Positions 56,726 to 64,000 of a DNA stretch of 64,000 nucleotides are shown here, piece after piece. Origin of the DNA: Escherichia phage NHEP1. Location of the stretch: the sequence record PQ511146.1, one strand, 5' to 3'. Position 1 is the stretch's first letter. Each line of letters begins with the position of its first letter. The notes under the pieces are model-generated. The model was not told the origin of the DNA, did no database searches, and saw only the letters and a program-made list of their open reading frames with translations. The position numbers were made by a program, and so were the translations under genes.

Positions 56726-57723
56726 TATACCTCCTCAGTTTTGTCAACAACTCCACCCACTGTTTCCCCAAGGCCAAGCTCTGTAGTGTAATCACCACCT
56801 TCTATGGTGCCCTTATGATGGACTGTGATCACCTTATAGAAGCCTGTGTATTGCCTGCTTTTAAGATAAATGGTGGACTCTGGGAGGATCGCCCCGTTAA
56901 GACATGTGGTTACAGTAAGACCAACATCCTCTCTCGGGTTTTTCTTTTTCTTACTTGTGCCACCTTTCGCAGCAGCTTTAGCTTTTCGTTTTTTAGCAGG
57001 TTCTGGGTTTTTAGGTGTGGGTGATCCGTGCATCCCAGACTCTGCACTTATTTCAAATACAGAGTCCTTGAACCTTTTTCCAACCTTGGTCCAATATAGA
57101 GCACCGTCCTGAACGCTGAATGTTGAGTTTGTCAGCCTTGCAAACCTGCGGAGGTTCTCTGCAGTGTTCCCAGAGAAAGCCATAGAGTATTGTAAAGTCT
57201 GGTTTCCAAAACCAACAACCCTACCTTTTGGCAAGTTCATATCCTTCAGCAGGTCATTAAGCACAGAGTTCAGAGGTGTGCCCTTCTGATAAGACCTTGT
57301 GCTTTGGCACTTAATGATGTTCTCAGTGCCATCCCCAAAGATGAACTTAGTTTTTCTGGTCGGACCTTCCCATCTGTCCTCAACAAACTCTACAGTTCCG
57401 GAGAATATCAACTGGTTCTCATTATCATAGCCAGCCTCAAACATAACTGCAAGAGCATCAGCTTGATGCATATCCAGATAGTTAACTGTATCGTCAGACA
57501 GGTTGTAAACTGTCACATAGCCTTTGTTTGGCTCTTTGGTATTGTCCTTTTGTATGTCAAACTCGATATTGGCAGCACCAGTGTCCGAGCTAATCTCATA
57601 AACTCCGGAATCACTCTCTCCTTTCTTTTCAACAGATTTTGGGATATTGGTTTTTGATTTACCGCCATGCTCTACAGGACGACCAAATAATAATCGCCAT
57701 GTTCTACGTCTGTACTCTGCCAT
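56725..57723 (-). CDS. tail/baseplate protein (hub-like position), hypothetical
   Basis: 332 aa; Lys-rich segment PEPAKKRKAKAAAKGGTSKKKKNPR; between tape measure and spike. Confidence 0.35.
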   Translation of the reverse strand: MAEYRRRTWRLLFGRPVEHGGKSKTNIPKSVEKKGESDSGVYEISSDTGAANIEFDIQKDNTKEPNKGYVTVYNLSDDTVNYLDMHQADALAVMFEAGYDNENQLIFSGTVEFVEDRWEGPTRKTKFIFGDGTENIIKCQSTRSYQKGTPLNSVLNDLLKDMNLPKGRVVGFGNQTLQYSMAFSGNTAENLRRFARLTNSTFSVQDGALYWTKVGKRFKDSVFEISAESGMHGSPTPKNPEPAKKRKAKAAAKGGTSKKKKNPREDVGLTVTTCLNGAILPESTIYLKSRQYTGFYKVITVHHKGTIEGGDYTTELGLGETVGGVVDKTEEV

Positions 57724-58103
57724 TATTCTAACCCTTGCTGTTCCTTGTAAAGATCAACTGGGGTGCCGTATACAAGCTGTAGCTCGGATCTTGCTCCAAG
57801 GTTGTATCTTCCAACCCTGCCCCAATATTGATCATCTTTAAACGACAGCGCCATCAACCTACCTTTCGGTAAATCGTCTCTGTAATGCAGTCCGTCTAAG
57901 ATATCTTGACAAGCTGTTACTTTTCTGGTTACTAAAGGGCTGTCACCTACCGGACCAAGGGATAACCACCAAGACTCATCCCTCTCATTCCATTGCATAC
58001 GCATTTCATACGTTTCATTGTCTAAAACAACACGCATGGTTTGATCGGGAAAGCCGTCAATGTCCCACACAAAGGTGATTATGCACCAATCTTTAAGCTC
58101 CAT
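57723..58103 (-). CDS. tail protein, hypothetical
   Basis: 126 aa; stop/start overlap with neighbours. Confidence 0.4.
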   Translation of the reverse strand: MELKDWCIITFVWDIDGFPDQTMRVVLDNETYEMRMQWNERDESWWLSLGPVGDSPLVTRKVTACQDILDGLHYRDDLPKGRLMALSFKDDQYWGRVGRYNLGARSELQLVYGTPVDLYKEQQGLE

Positions 58104-58114
58104 TGCACGCCCCC

Positions 58115-58999
58115 TTATTTTCCGTTAACTTTGTTGTAGTTTCCCTGCTCAGATGGGACTATGGTAGAAGGTCTTCCATATTCCTGATAATACCAATCCG
58201 CAGCAGATTGAGTAACACCGTTTTCATCCGTCCACATCATAGATTTGTATGGCTGCCACTCTTCTGCGGCATTTGTGGATGCAGTGTCTGCAAATGCCCC
58301 TGTATCCCTCTTGTTACCTACGTTACTGCCATTCTTACAGTCGTTGACAGCACCTTTTTGCTGGGTCTTGCCTACTTTCTTAGGGTTGCTGTATACAGTT
58401 GCATTAACAACCTTGTTCAAGTAGAATGTGCGGAACTCTGTAAGTTCTACATCAAACACCATCGCAGCACCTTCACCAACAGACTTGTTGGCAGAAAGGC
58501 TGGTTATGATGTAGTTCTCAAGGAGTCTTTCCTCGGTAACCAAAGAAACCAACTGGCGCTTATTAATGATCTCAGTCAAAGCCTCCAGTGCAGCGCCTGG
58601 TCGCATAGATGCTGCAGGATTTTTAGAGTCAGTGTTCCTGTCAATGTAGTTTTGCTCATAGATTATATGTGGTGATGTATTTACCCTACCAGTAAAAGAA
58701 AATACACCATCTTTAATTACAGCGTGGTCTGACAGGGTAGATTTATCTTCCACCGCAAACCCAGTTTTATCAACAGAATGTTTGAAAGAGTAGTTCTCAA
58801 CCTGATCGAAGATAATGGCAAGATCGTTAGTAAAGTTTTTACCCTTCATCTCCGTATTGCGACCACCATAGTTAAGACCGCTGACAAACATAGTGTACTT
58901 TACATCGCTTTCAGTTTGCTGCTCTGCCTTTTCAGCCTTTGGAGATTTAACCTCTTGAGGCTTGTACAGGTCTTTTTCATCAACTATATTGCTTGGCAT
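58115..58999 (-). CDS. tail protein, hypothetical (first gene after tape measure)
   Basis: Track start 59026 abuts the promoter -10; second ATG at 58999 follows GGAGAGG SD. Confidence 0.4.
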   Translation of the reverse strand: MPSNIVDEKDLYKPQEVKSPKAEKAEQQTESDVKYTMFVSGLNYGGRNTEMKGKNFTNDLAIIFDQVENYSFKHSVDKTGFAVEDKSTLSDHAVIKDGVFSFTGRVNTSPHIIYEQNYIDRNTDSKNPAASMRPGAALEALTEIINKRQLVSLVTEERLLENYIITSLSANKSVGEGAAMVFDVELTEFRTFYLNKVVNATVYSNPKKVGKTQQKGAVNDCKNGSNVGNKRDTGAFADTASTNAAEEWQPYKSMMWTDENGVTQSAADWYYQEYGRPSTIVPSEQGNYNKVNGK

Positions 59000-59032
59000 A
59001 ACCTCTCCAGGACACTCCGATACCATCTAGAT

Positions 59033-59061
59033 ATTGTATCATAAAATAGCCGTTTTTACAA
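59033..59061 (-). promoter_or_regulatory. sigma70-like promoter (TTGTAA-N17-TACAAT)
   Basis: Read on minus strand after terminator 59065-59092: -35 TTGTAA, 17-nt spacer, -10 TACAAT. Confidence 0.45.
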
Positions 59062-59064
59062 CAC

Positions 59065-59092
59065 CGATAAAATAAAGGGGGCCGGAGCCCCC
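59065..59092 (-). terminator. rho-independent terminator after tape measure gene
   Basis: Minus transcript GGGGGC-UCCG-GCCCCC followed by UUUAUUUUAU. Confidence 0.65.
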
Positions 59093-59105
59093 TATGTGCC
59101 GTTTA

Positions 59106-61442
59106 TTACCAAAGATCTGTTGACATAAAGTTAATATCTTTGTTGTTCTCCCACTCAAGTTTTGCATCAATTATTTTGTTAAACTCGCCCTCATTTATTG
59201 AAATAGTGATTTTCCCATCACTGATCTCTAAAGGCAGCATTTCCATAGTTCTTAATTGAGAAGCAAAACCAGGGCCACCTGGCAACGGAAGAGTACCGCC
59301 AGGTAAGGTGTCCAAAGGATCAACAAACCCGTTACCTCCGGATATAATATCTTTGCGAATCATATCGCTGATAGTATCCAGTTGCTGATTTCTTTCACTC
59401 AGCGGGTTGAAACGGTCATTAAATAACTCTCCGGCACTTAATATTGTGCCGATAATGCCCAGCTTGCCAAGTATGCCAACTTTACCACCAGGTGTCTTGA
59501 GGCCACCTCCACCTTTTCCTGCTGCGCCGCCACCACCAGATCCTTCTGCAGTGGCTGCACCTGCTGCTCCAGCTGCACCTCTTAGAGAACTAAGGAATTT
59601 AAAGGTTTTTACAAGCATGGATGCCATGACAAAACCTTTTGTCAGGGCGTTGACGACCAGCATGATGGCAGCAGCAAACCCTGCCCATTTAGCATAGCTA
59701 AAGGTGTCATGAAGCTCTTCAGAATATTCCTTCGTCTTAGCTGTTATGAATCCCCATTTAATCCCCCATTCAAGGAAAAACATGCGGATCTTGACTATAG
59801 TGTTGTTCAGTTCACCAACTACCCAGTTAAGACCTCTCACAAACCCGCTAACAAAATCACCAGAGGCATCCCACACAAATTGCAAAGTCTCACCAGTGCG
59901 GATCAGTGTATAATAGAACTCTGTTAGTTCGTCAGCCCAACGGGTGAACAGTTTCTGACGGGACAGTTCGATGAAGGTTTTCAGTCTGTTTTCTGCCAGC
60001 ACGTTAGACTTCTGCATTCTCTCATAACCAGCTGCAGATGCCTCGTTCATGTACTTAGCCACATACTTCATGATCTTGGCTGTTTTAACCTCACCTTTCT
60101 TCATCATGTCCATGAACTGATCCATGGAGAGTTCAGAAAGACCAAAAGCCTCTTTGGTGGCCTTGATGAAAGGTTCATATGCCCCAGGTAACGCTTCAGC
60201 AAGTTGTTGCTTAAGTTCTTCGGACATTACCTGTCCTTTACCAAGCATTTGCTGGATTGCCATAATACCGCGCTGGTATTTTACCTCATCCGCACCATAA
60301 GCAGCAGCATACTGTGAGTATGCAGAGAATAGCTCATGGACCTCTTGGTTCGTCATCTGATTTTTGGCGTTCACCGCCATCTGAGAATAACCCTGAAGAC
60401 CAGATTTGAGATCAAAACCAAGACGCATGGCCTCTTGCTGGACAAACGCAACTTCACTGTTGGCTTTGTTTGGATCTCCAGTAACAGCAGTAAGAGCAGC
60501 ACTTGCCCCCTCCATCATGTGACCGGATCTGTTCACCGCAGCAAATCCAGAAAAAGCTGTATACGCAGCTGTTGCATTAATAACAGATCTACGTAAGTCT
60601 CTCAGGGCATCGCCTAGTGTAAGCGTTTGGCTGGTGGCGCTTTTAAACCCAGACTGCAGAGCTGACAGGTGGGCGTTAAAGGTTGACTTTTTCATCTCTC
60701 CGCGAGCAAACCTGGACTCTAACTCAGAGTATCCTGGCAAGCTTCCACGGAATCCGGCTCCATACTTGGCAGAAAGTCTTATCGCAGAGTTGTATAGGTG
60801 GGTTCTCCTTGCCTCACGATCCGACATAAGCCTATTATCCATACCAGCTTTACTGTCCCTTCTTAGCTGCCTATGGTAACGGTTCATAGCCGCTGTCTGA
60901 GCTTTCACAAGATTAGGGTCGGAAGCCACACCACCCATGTTAGGGTTACCGGGGATATATTTGAAAGATTTGGCATTAGCCAAAACTCTTGCCTTAGGTG
61001 CCTTATAACCACCGTAAGACACTGGTGCAGATTTGGCAGCCTTTTTGGCCTCTTTAGCTTGCTGCTGGTAGAACTTACGCATCCTAGCCATTTCTGGATT
61101 TTTAGCGGTAAGATTACCCACAGCTTGTTTACGTCTCGCGTTCTCCCTACGTTCTATTGCAGCCCTTACTGCAGCCTCTTTCTTGGCTTGTGTTACGCTC
61201 TCCCTGTGCAGTTTAGCATTTGCCTGAGATTGCTGTCTGGCAACCCGCTGCATTGTTTGCTGGGTTTTAACAGCCACTGCCTGCCATCTACTCATTGGGT
61301 TGGCTGAGTTAAAATCCTCGCCCAGTTTCCTGAACTCCCTCCCAATACTGCGAATTTTCTCTACAGCTTTTTTGTAGGAGGAGTTCTCTATCTCAAAGCC
61401 AATCTTGTTGACTGTTGTGGCAACTATTTTGTTTGTAGCCAT
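59106..61442 (-). CDS. tail tape measure protein
   Basis: 778 aa; helix-rich, Ala/Gln/Lys-rich, Gly-rich segment (GAAGAAGAATAEGSGGGGAAGKGGGG) with hydrophobic stretches; directly downstream of G/GT chaperone pair. Confidence 0.8.
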   Translation of the reverse strand: MATNKIVATTVNKIGFEIENSSYKKAVEKIRSIGREFRKLGEDFNSANPMSRWQAVAVKTQQTMQRVARQQSQANAKLHRESVTQAKKEAAVRAAIERRENARRKQAVGNLTAKNPEMARMRKFYQQQAKEAKKAAKSAPVSYGGYKAPKARVLANAKSFKYIPGNPNMGGVASDPNLVKAQTAAMNRYHRQLRRDSKAGMDNRLMSDREARRTHLYNSAIRLSAKYGAGFRGSLPGYSELESRFARGEMKKSTFNAHLSALQSGFKSATSQTLTLGDALRDLRRSVINATAAYTAFSGFAAVNRSGHMMEGASAALTAVTGDPNKANSEVAFVQQEAMRLGFDLKSGLQGYSQMAVNAKNQMTNQEVHELFSAYSQYAAAYGADEVKYQRGIMAIQQMLGKGQVMSEELKQQLAEALPGAYEPFIKATKEAFGLSELSMDQFMDMMKKGEVKTAKIMKYVAKYMNEASAAGYERMQKSNVLAENRLKTFIELSRQKLFTRWADELTEFYYTLIRTGETLQFVWDASGDFVSGFVRGLNWVVGELNNTIVKIRMFFLEWGIKWGFITAKTKEYSEELHDTFSYAKWAGFAAAIMLVVNALTKGFVMASMLVKTFKFLSSLRGAAGAAGAATAEGSGGGGAAGKGGGGLKTPGGKVGILGKLGIIGTILSAGELFNDRFNPLSERNQQLDTISDMIRKDIISGGNGFVDPLDTLPGGTLPLPGGPGFASQLRTMEMLPLEISDGKITISINEGEFNKIIDAKLEWENNKDINFMSTDLW

Positions 61443-61454
61443 GCTTTCCTCATA

Positions 61455-61491
61455 ATAAAAAGGGCCAGATCCCAGAAAAGGAATCCGGCCC
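61455..61491 (-). terminator. stem-loop with U-tract between chaperone genes and tape measure gene (attenuator-like)
   Basis: Minus transcript GGGCCGGAUUCC-(loop)-GGGAUCUGGCCC followed by UUUUU, then GAGGAAA SD of tape measure. Confidence 0.45.
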
Positions 61492-61496
61492 TTAGA

Positions 61497-61745
61497 TTAT
61501 CCTCTCCTGCGTTTAGCTTTCGCAGCAGCTGCGGCAGCCCTCTGCTCCCGCTCCATTTCCCTATTTTGGACGGTATCTAGGAATTCTTCGATATCAAGAT
61601 ACTCACAGAGTTTCAGGAAATACGCCATATCTGCAAGATTTAGCGATTCAAAATTTTCCCCTTTGAAATTCTTGAGCACCCTGCACCAAAGAAAGTCGAA
61701 CCAGTTAAGTGAACTGTTCTTGGCTGCCCACTCACTGGCCCTCAC
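61497..61745 (-). CDS. tail assembly chaperone T segment (expressed as G-T fusion by -1 frameshift)
   Basis: 82 aa with GTG start; its frame is open about 38 codons upstream, overlapping the end of 61757..62230 in the -1 frame. Confidence 0.55.
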   Translation of the reverse strand: MRASEWAAKNSSLNWFDFLWCRVLKNFKGENFESLNLADMAYFLKLCEYLDIEEFLDTVQNREMEREQRAAAAAAKAKRRRG

Positions 61746-61756
61746 AACAACCTTGC

Positions 61757-62230
61757 TTATTCCTGCTCTTCCGGAGCCTGATCCAGATTGTTCACCTGCT
61801 GGATCATACCCATCTGCTGTAACATCTCCAGAAGGCTTCCTAAACCGTCTTGTGTGAAAAAACAGCCGTAGTTAACCTCCAGAACCTTACCTGCCAGCTT
61901 AATCATCTCCAGCAGATGCCCTGCAAACACAACATCAGGGTTAAGCTTATCCACACCATCCACGGTAATATCTTCGAACAAGATTTTAAATAACTCTTCA
62001 ATAGAGTTATCATCAAGTTCTTGAAACAGGTAAGCCAGGGCTGTAGGAAGGACCTCTGCCATATTCTGACCACCTGAGAGAATAGATCCGCCGACAGCTC
62101 CTAGCGGGACAGCTACAATCTTACCGATTTTAGGCATGTTTTTCATTGCTTTCATCGGTCCCCAGTGGGTGATCACAAAGTTGTGCCCTGCTAAATCAAT
62201 CTCTGTTGTAGGTCTAAAGTTTATAGCCAT
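61757..62230 (-). CDS. tail assembly chaperone (gpG-like)
   Basis: 157 aa acidic protein immediately upstream of tape measure; contains slippery heptamer. Confidence 0.65.
   Translation of the reverse strand: MAINFRPTTEIDLAGHNFVITHWGPMKAMKNMPKIGKIVAVPLGAVGGSILSGGQNMAEVLPTALAYLFQELDDNSIEELFKILFEDITVDGVDKLNPDVVFAGHLLEMIKLAGKVLEVNYGCFFTQDGLGSLLEMLQQMGMIQQVNNLDQAPEEQE
61856..61862 (-). other. programmed -1 ribosomal frameshift site (slippery heptamer U UUU UUC)
   Basis: In-frame T_TTT_TTC at codons Cys123-Phe124-Phe125 of chaperone gene; -1 frame open from here into 61497..61745. Confidence 0.55.
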
Positions 62231-62273
62231 TTTATAGCATCCTTATTAGTCATGTTGTGCACCATATTTGTGT

Positions 62274-62302
62274 ATTTTACCATGATTATGGTGCATTGTC
62301 AA
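62274..62302 (-). promoter_or_regulatory. sigma70-like promoter (TTGACA-N17-TAAAAT) upstream of chaperone/tape-measure genes
   Basis: Read on minus strand: consensus -35 TTGACA, 17-nt spacer, -10 TAAAAT. Confidence 0.6.
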
Positions 62303-62341
62303 TTTAACCTTTCAAGCAATCCAAAAGAGTTTGTCAAAACC

Positions 62342-62374
62342 ATAAAAGCAAAAAGCCCCACCCGAAGGTGAGGC
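62342..62374 (-). terminator. rho-independent terminator (UUCG tetraloop) after tube gene
   Basis: Minus transcript GCCUCACC-UUCG-GGUGGGGC followed by UUUUUGCUUUU. Confidence 0.65.
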
Positions 62375-62392
62375 TTATACTAAAGTGTGCCC

Positions 62393-62866
62393 TTAGATAA
62401 TACCTGCAAGACCTGCGAGGCCAGTGAGAGCACCAGTGATGTTGTCACGGTTGAGCCATGCATCCAGAATACCGATATCCCAGTCCAGCTGACCTACTTC
62501 GGTTCCGTAAGTGAGGTCAGGCTGTTTTTGGATCCAACCGATTGTGGCAATACCAGGACCCTGGCTACCTTCCAGTAGAACCGGGAAGAATACCAGACCA
62601 GTAATAGATGCCTGTTTCTGCCAGTCAGAAAGGTAAGCGTTCCATACAGAAGTGTTCTGCAAAGACACAGTCATAACACCAGATTGGTTACGAGACAGGG
62701 CTGCAGACATTTCGCCATCCACACCAACATGAGGGTAGATGTTGTCTTCGTTTCTTGAAACAACAATCTTGGTGTCAGCAGCGAAGCCAGTGACACGCTG
62801 CTGCATCAGATACAGTTTGACCTTTTTAGGGTCATAAGCATAAGGAGTTAAAATTTGAGTTTCCAT
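62393..62866 (-). CDS. tail tube protein (putative)
   Basis: 157 aa; positioned between putative sheath and chaperones. Confidence 0.45.
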   Translation of the reverse strand: METQILTPYAYDPKKVKLYLMQQRVTGFAADTKIVVSRNEDNIYPHVGVDGEMSAALSRNQSGVMTVSLQNTSVWNAYLSDWQKQASITGLVFFPVLLEGSQGPGIATIGWIQKQPDLTYGTEVGQLDWDIGILDAWLNRDNITGALTGLAGLAGII

Positions 62867-62876
62867 CTAGTCTTCC

Positions 62877-64000
62877 TTATTCAGTCATTGCAACAGCATT
62901 GGTGGATTTAGAACCAACCTTGTCCAGAAGGACGTTGATCCGGATACGAACGAAGTGCAGGGCGTTGTTATACACCAGTTCTACTTTCACACCTTCCAGA
63001 ACACGAGCAGCCAACTGATTGGTTGGGATCTCTGCACGTTTAGGAACTGTGATGATCGGGTCGTAGAACACATTGTTGTCTTCGTCAAAACCTGTCAGGA
63101 TCGCGCCATTCTTAATGCCGGTATTGATCGGGTTGTTCATCAGAACAGACTTGATAACCGGAAGATCATCATCAGACATCTTCATGCTTAAACCCATATT
63201 GGAGCGACGATGCATGTACCCAAACATGGATTCTTCAGATCTGAACTTGATCCAGTGTGCAAAACGAATAGCGTCTGCATACTGACCTGAAGCACACTTA
63301 CCTTCCCAGAAAGCGCCAACACCGTTAATCATTCTGTAGAAGTTAACGTGGTTTTCCCAAATCGCCATACGTTGAGTTAAAGTCAGAGATGGTGCAATCA
63401 CACCTGGCATCTGTTTTAAGTGCAAGCTGTCACCGTAGGACGGATCGTTGGATGCCATAGCACCTATGATACCACCCTCCGGGAAGTCCTTATCTGCACG
63501 AGGATCGTACATGCCAACACTGTCATATTGTGCAGCTTTCAGTTTGGTAGCGATGTTGCTATCTTTGCCAGTCACATCTTCTGCAGTAGAGTAGACGTGC
63601 AGCTTGTAGTTGGCCTGAGCCCACTTAGCACATGCTTCAATGTCGGTGTGGTCTTCATGGCACAGGAAGTACCAATTGTCCCGCTCAGCATTGATCTTAT
63701 CAACTACTGTAGAAGGTTTTTCAGAATTGGCGATATTCTTGATTGTATAGTTACCAGTATGATAACCAACAGTGCAGTCACCAGTGATGGTGATAACACC
63801 TTCAGAAGCCTCTACAGTGATATCGTTCAAGTTATCATCTGCTTCGATTTTAGTCTTCATTGATTCTGCAATCTGAGTTGCAGCTGTCCCACCAGAGATA
63901 GGAACTATCAAAGAGGTATTGTAGCCACCTTTTGCAATGGTCATTACGACATCGGTATCAGCTGCGGCAGCAATACCTTTAAAATCTACAGTGGTTTTTT
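62877..64000 (-). CDS. tail sheath protein (putative), N-terminus beyond window edge
   Basis: Frame stays open upstream of track ATG (63944) to window end; position before a 157-aa tube-like protein; C-terminal region loosely sheath-like. Confidence 0.45.
   Translation of the reverse strand, partial: KTTVDFKGIAAAADTDVVMTIAKGGYNTSLIVPISGGTAATQIAESMKTKIEADDNLNDITVEASEGVITITGDCTVGYHTGNYTIKNIANSEKPSTVVDKINAERDNWYFLCHEDHTDIEACAKWAQANYKLHVYSTAEDVTGKDSNIATKLKAAQYDSVGMYDPRADKDFPEGGIIGAMASNDPSYGDSLHLKQMPGVIAPSLTLTQRMAIWENHVNFYRMINGVGAFWEGKCASGQYADAIRFAHWIKFRSEESMFGYMHRRSNMGLSMKMSDDDLPVIKSVLMNNPINTGIKNGAILTGFDEDNNVFYDPIITVPKRAEIPTNQLAARVLEGVKVELVYNNALHFVRIRINVLLDKVGSKSTNAVAMTE

Noticed and set aside
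61497-61745. 61497..61745 as an independent gene with its own start
   Set aside because: GTG start lacks a convincing SD and the frame is open upstream into the chaperone gene past a U_UUU_UUC heptamer; more likely the T part of a G-T frameshift product
1-64000. CRISPR array
   Set aside because: No regularly spaced direct repeats with unique spacers found; the only repeat array (43390..44290) is coding and diverged
1-64000. tRNA or other structured RNA genes
   Set aside because: Intergenic regions are short and accounted for by promoters and terminator hairpins; no cloverleaf-sized region seen by eye (no tRNA scan was run)
1-64000. Lysogeny functions or diversity-generating retroelement
   Set aside because: No integrase, repressor or reverse-transcriptase motifs (no YxDD box) in any long ORF; fibre variability appears to come from gene duplication and modular anchors instead

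Overview
This window reads as a segment of a large tailed double-stranded DNA bacteriophage genome, probably virulent (no integrase or repressor seen), infecting a Gram-negative host (consensus sigma70-like -35/-10 promoters, AGGAG ribosome-binding sites). Genes are tightly packed in three blocks. (1) 1-20298, minus strand: replication and DNA metabolism — a family A DNA polymerase interrupted by an in-frame intein, a primase-helicase, a Dda/RecD-like helicase, two DNA methyltransferases, an rIIA/rIIB-like pair co-transcribed with a signal-peptide cell-wall hydrolase, and a MoxR-like AAA ATPase. (2) 20441-27136, plus strand: an early/accessory island of small genes launched from a back-to-back divergent promoter pair, including a metallopeptidase-like + vWA protein, a HAD-like hydrolase and Cys-rich proteins. 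(3) 27184-64000, minus strand: the tail module — putative sheath and tube, G/GT chaperones with a -1 frameshift site, tape measure, gpV-like spike, gp25-like and Baseplate_J-like wedge proteins, a lambda gpJ-like giant protein with an internal repeat array, and at least five fibre/spike genes. Most worth follow-up: the mixed tail-tip gene set, the multi-receptor-binding-protein arsenal, the MoxR/vWA pair, and the 1877-aa RCC1-like/Big_2 protein in its own transcription unit. All calls rest on motif reading and recall of protein families; no database search was run. Where the ORF track began at TTG/GTG inside a promoter or hairpin, I moved the start to the first SD-preceded start codon.
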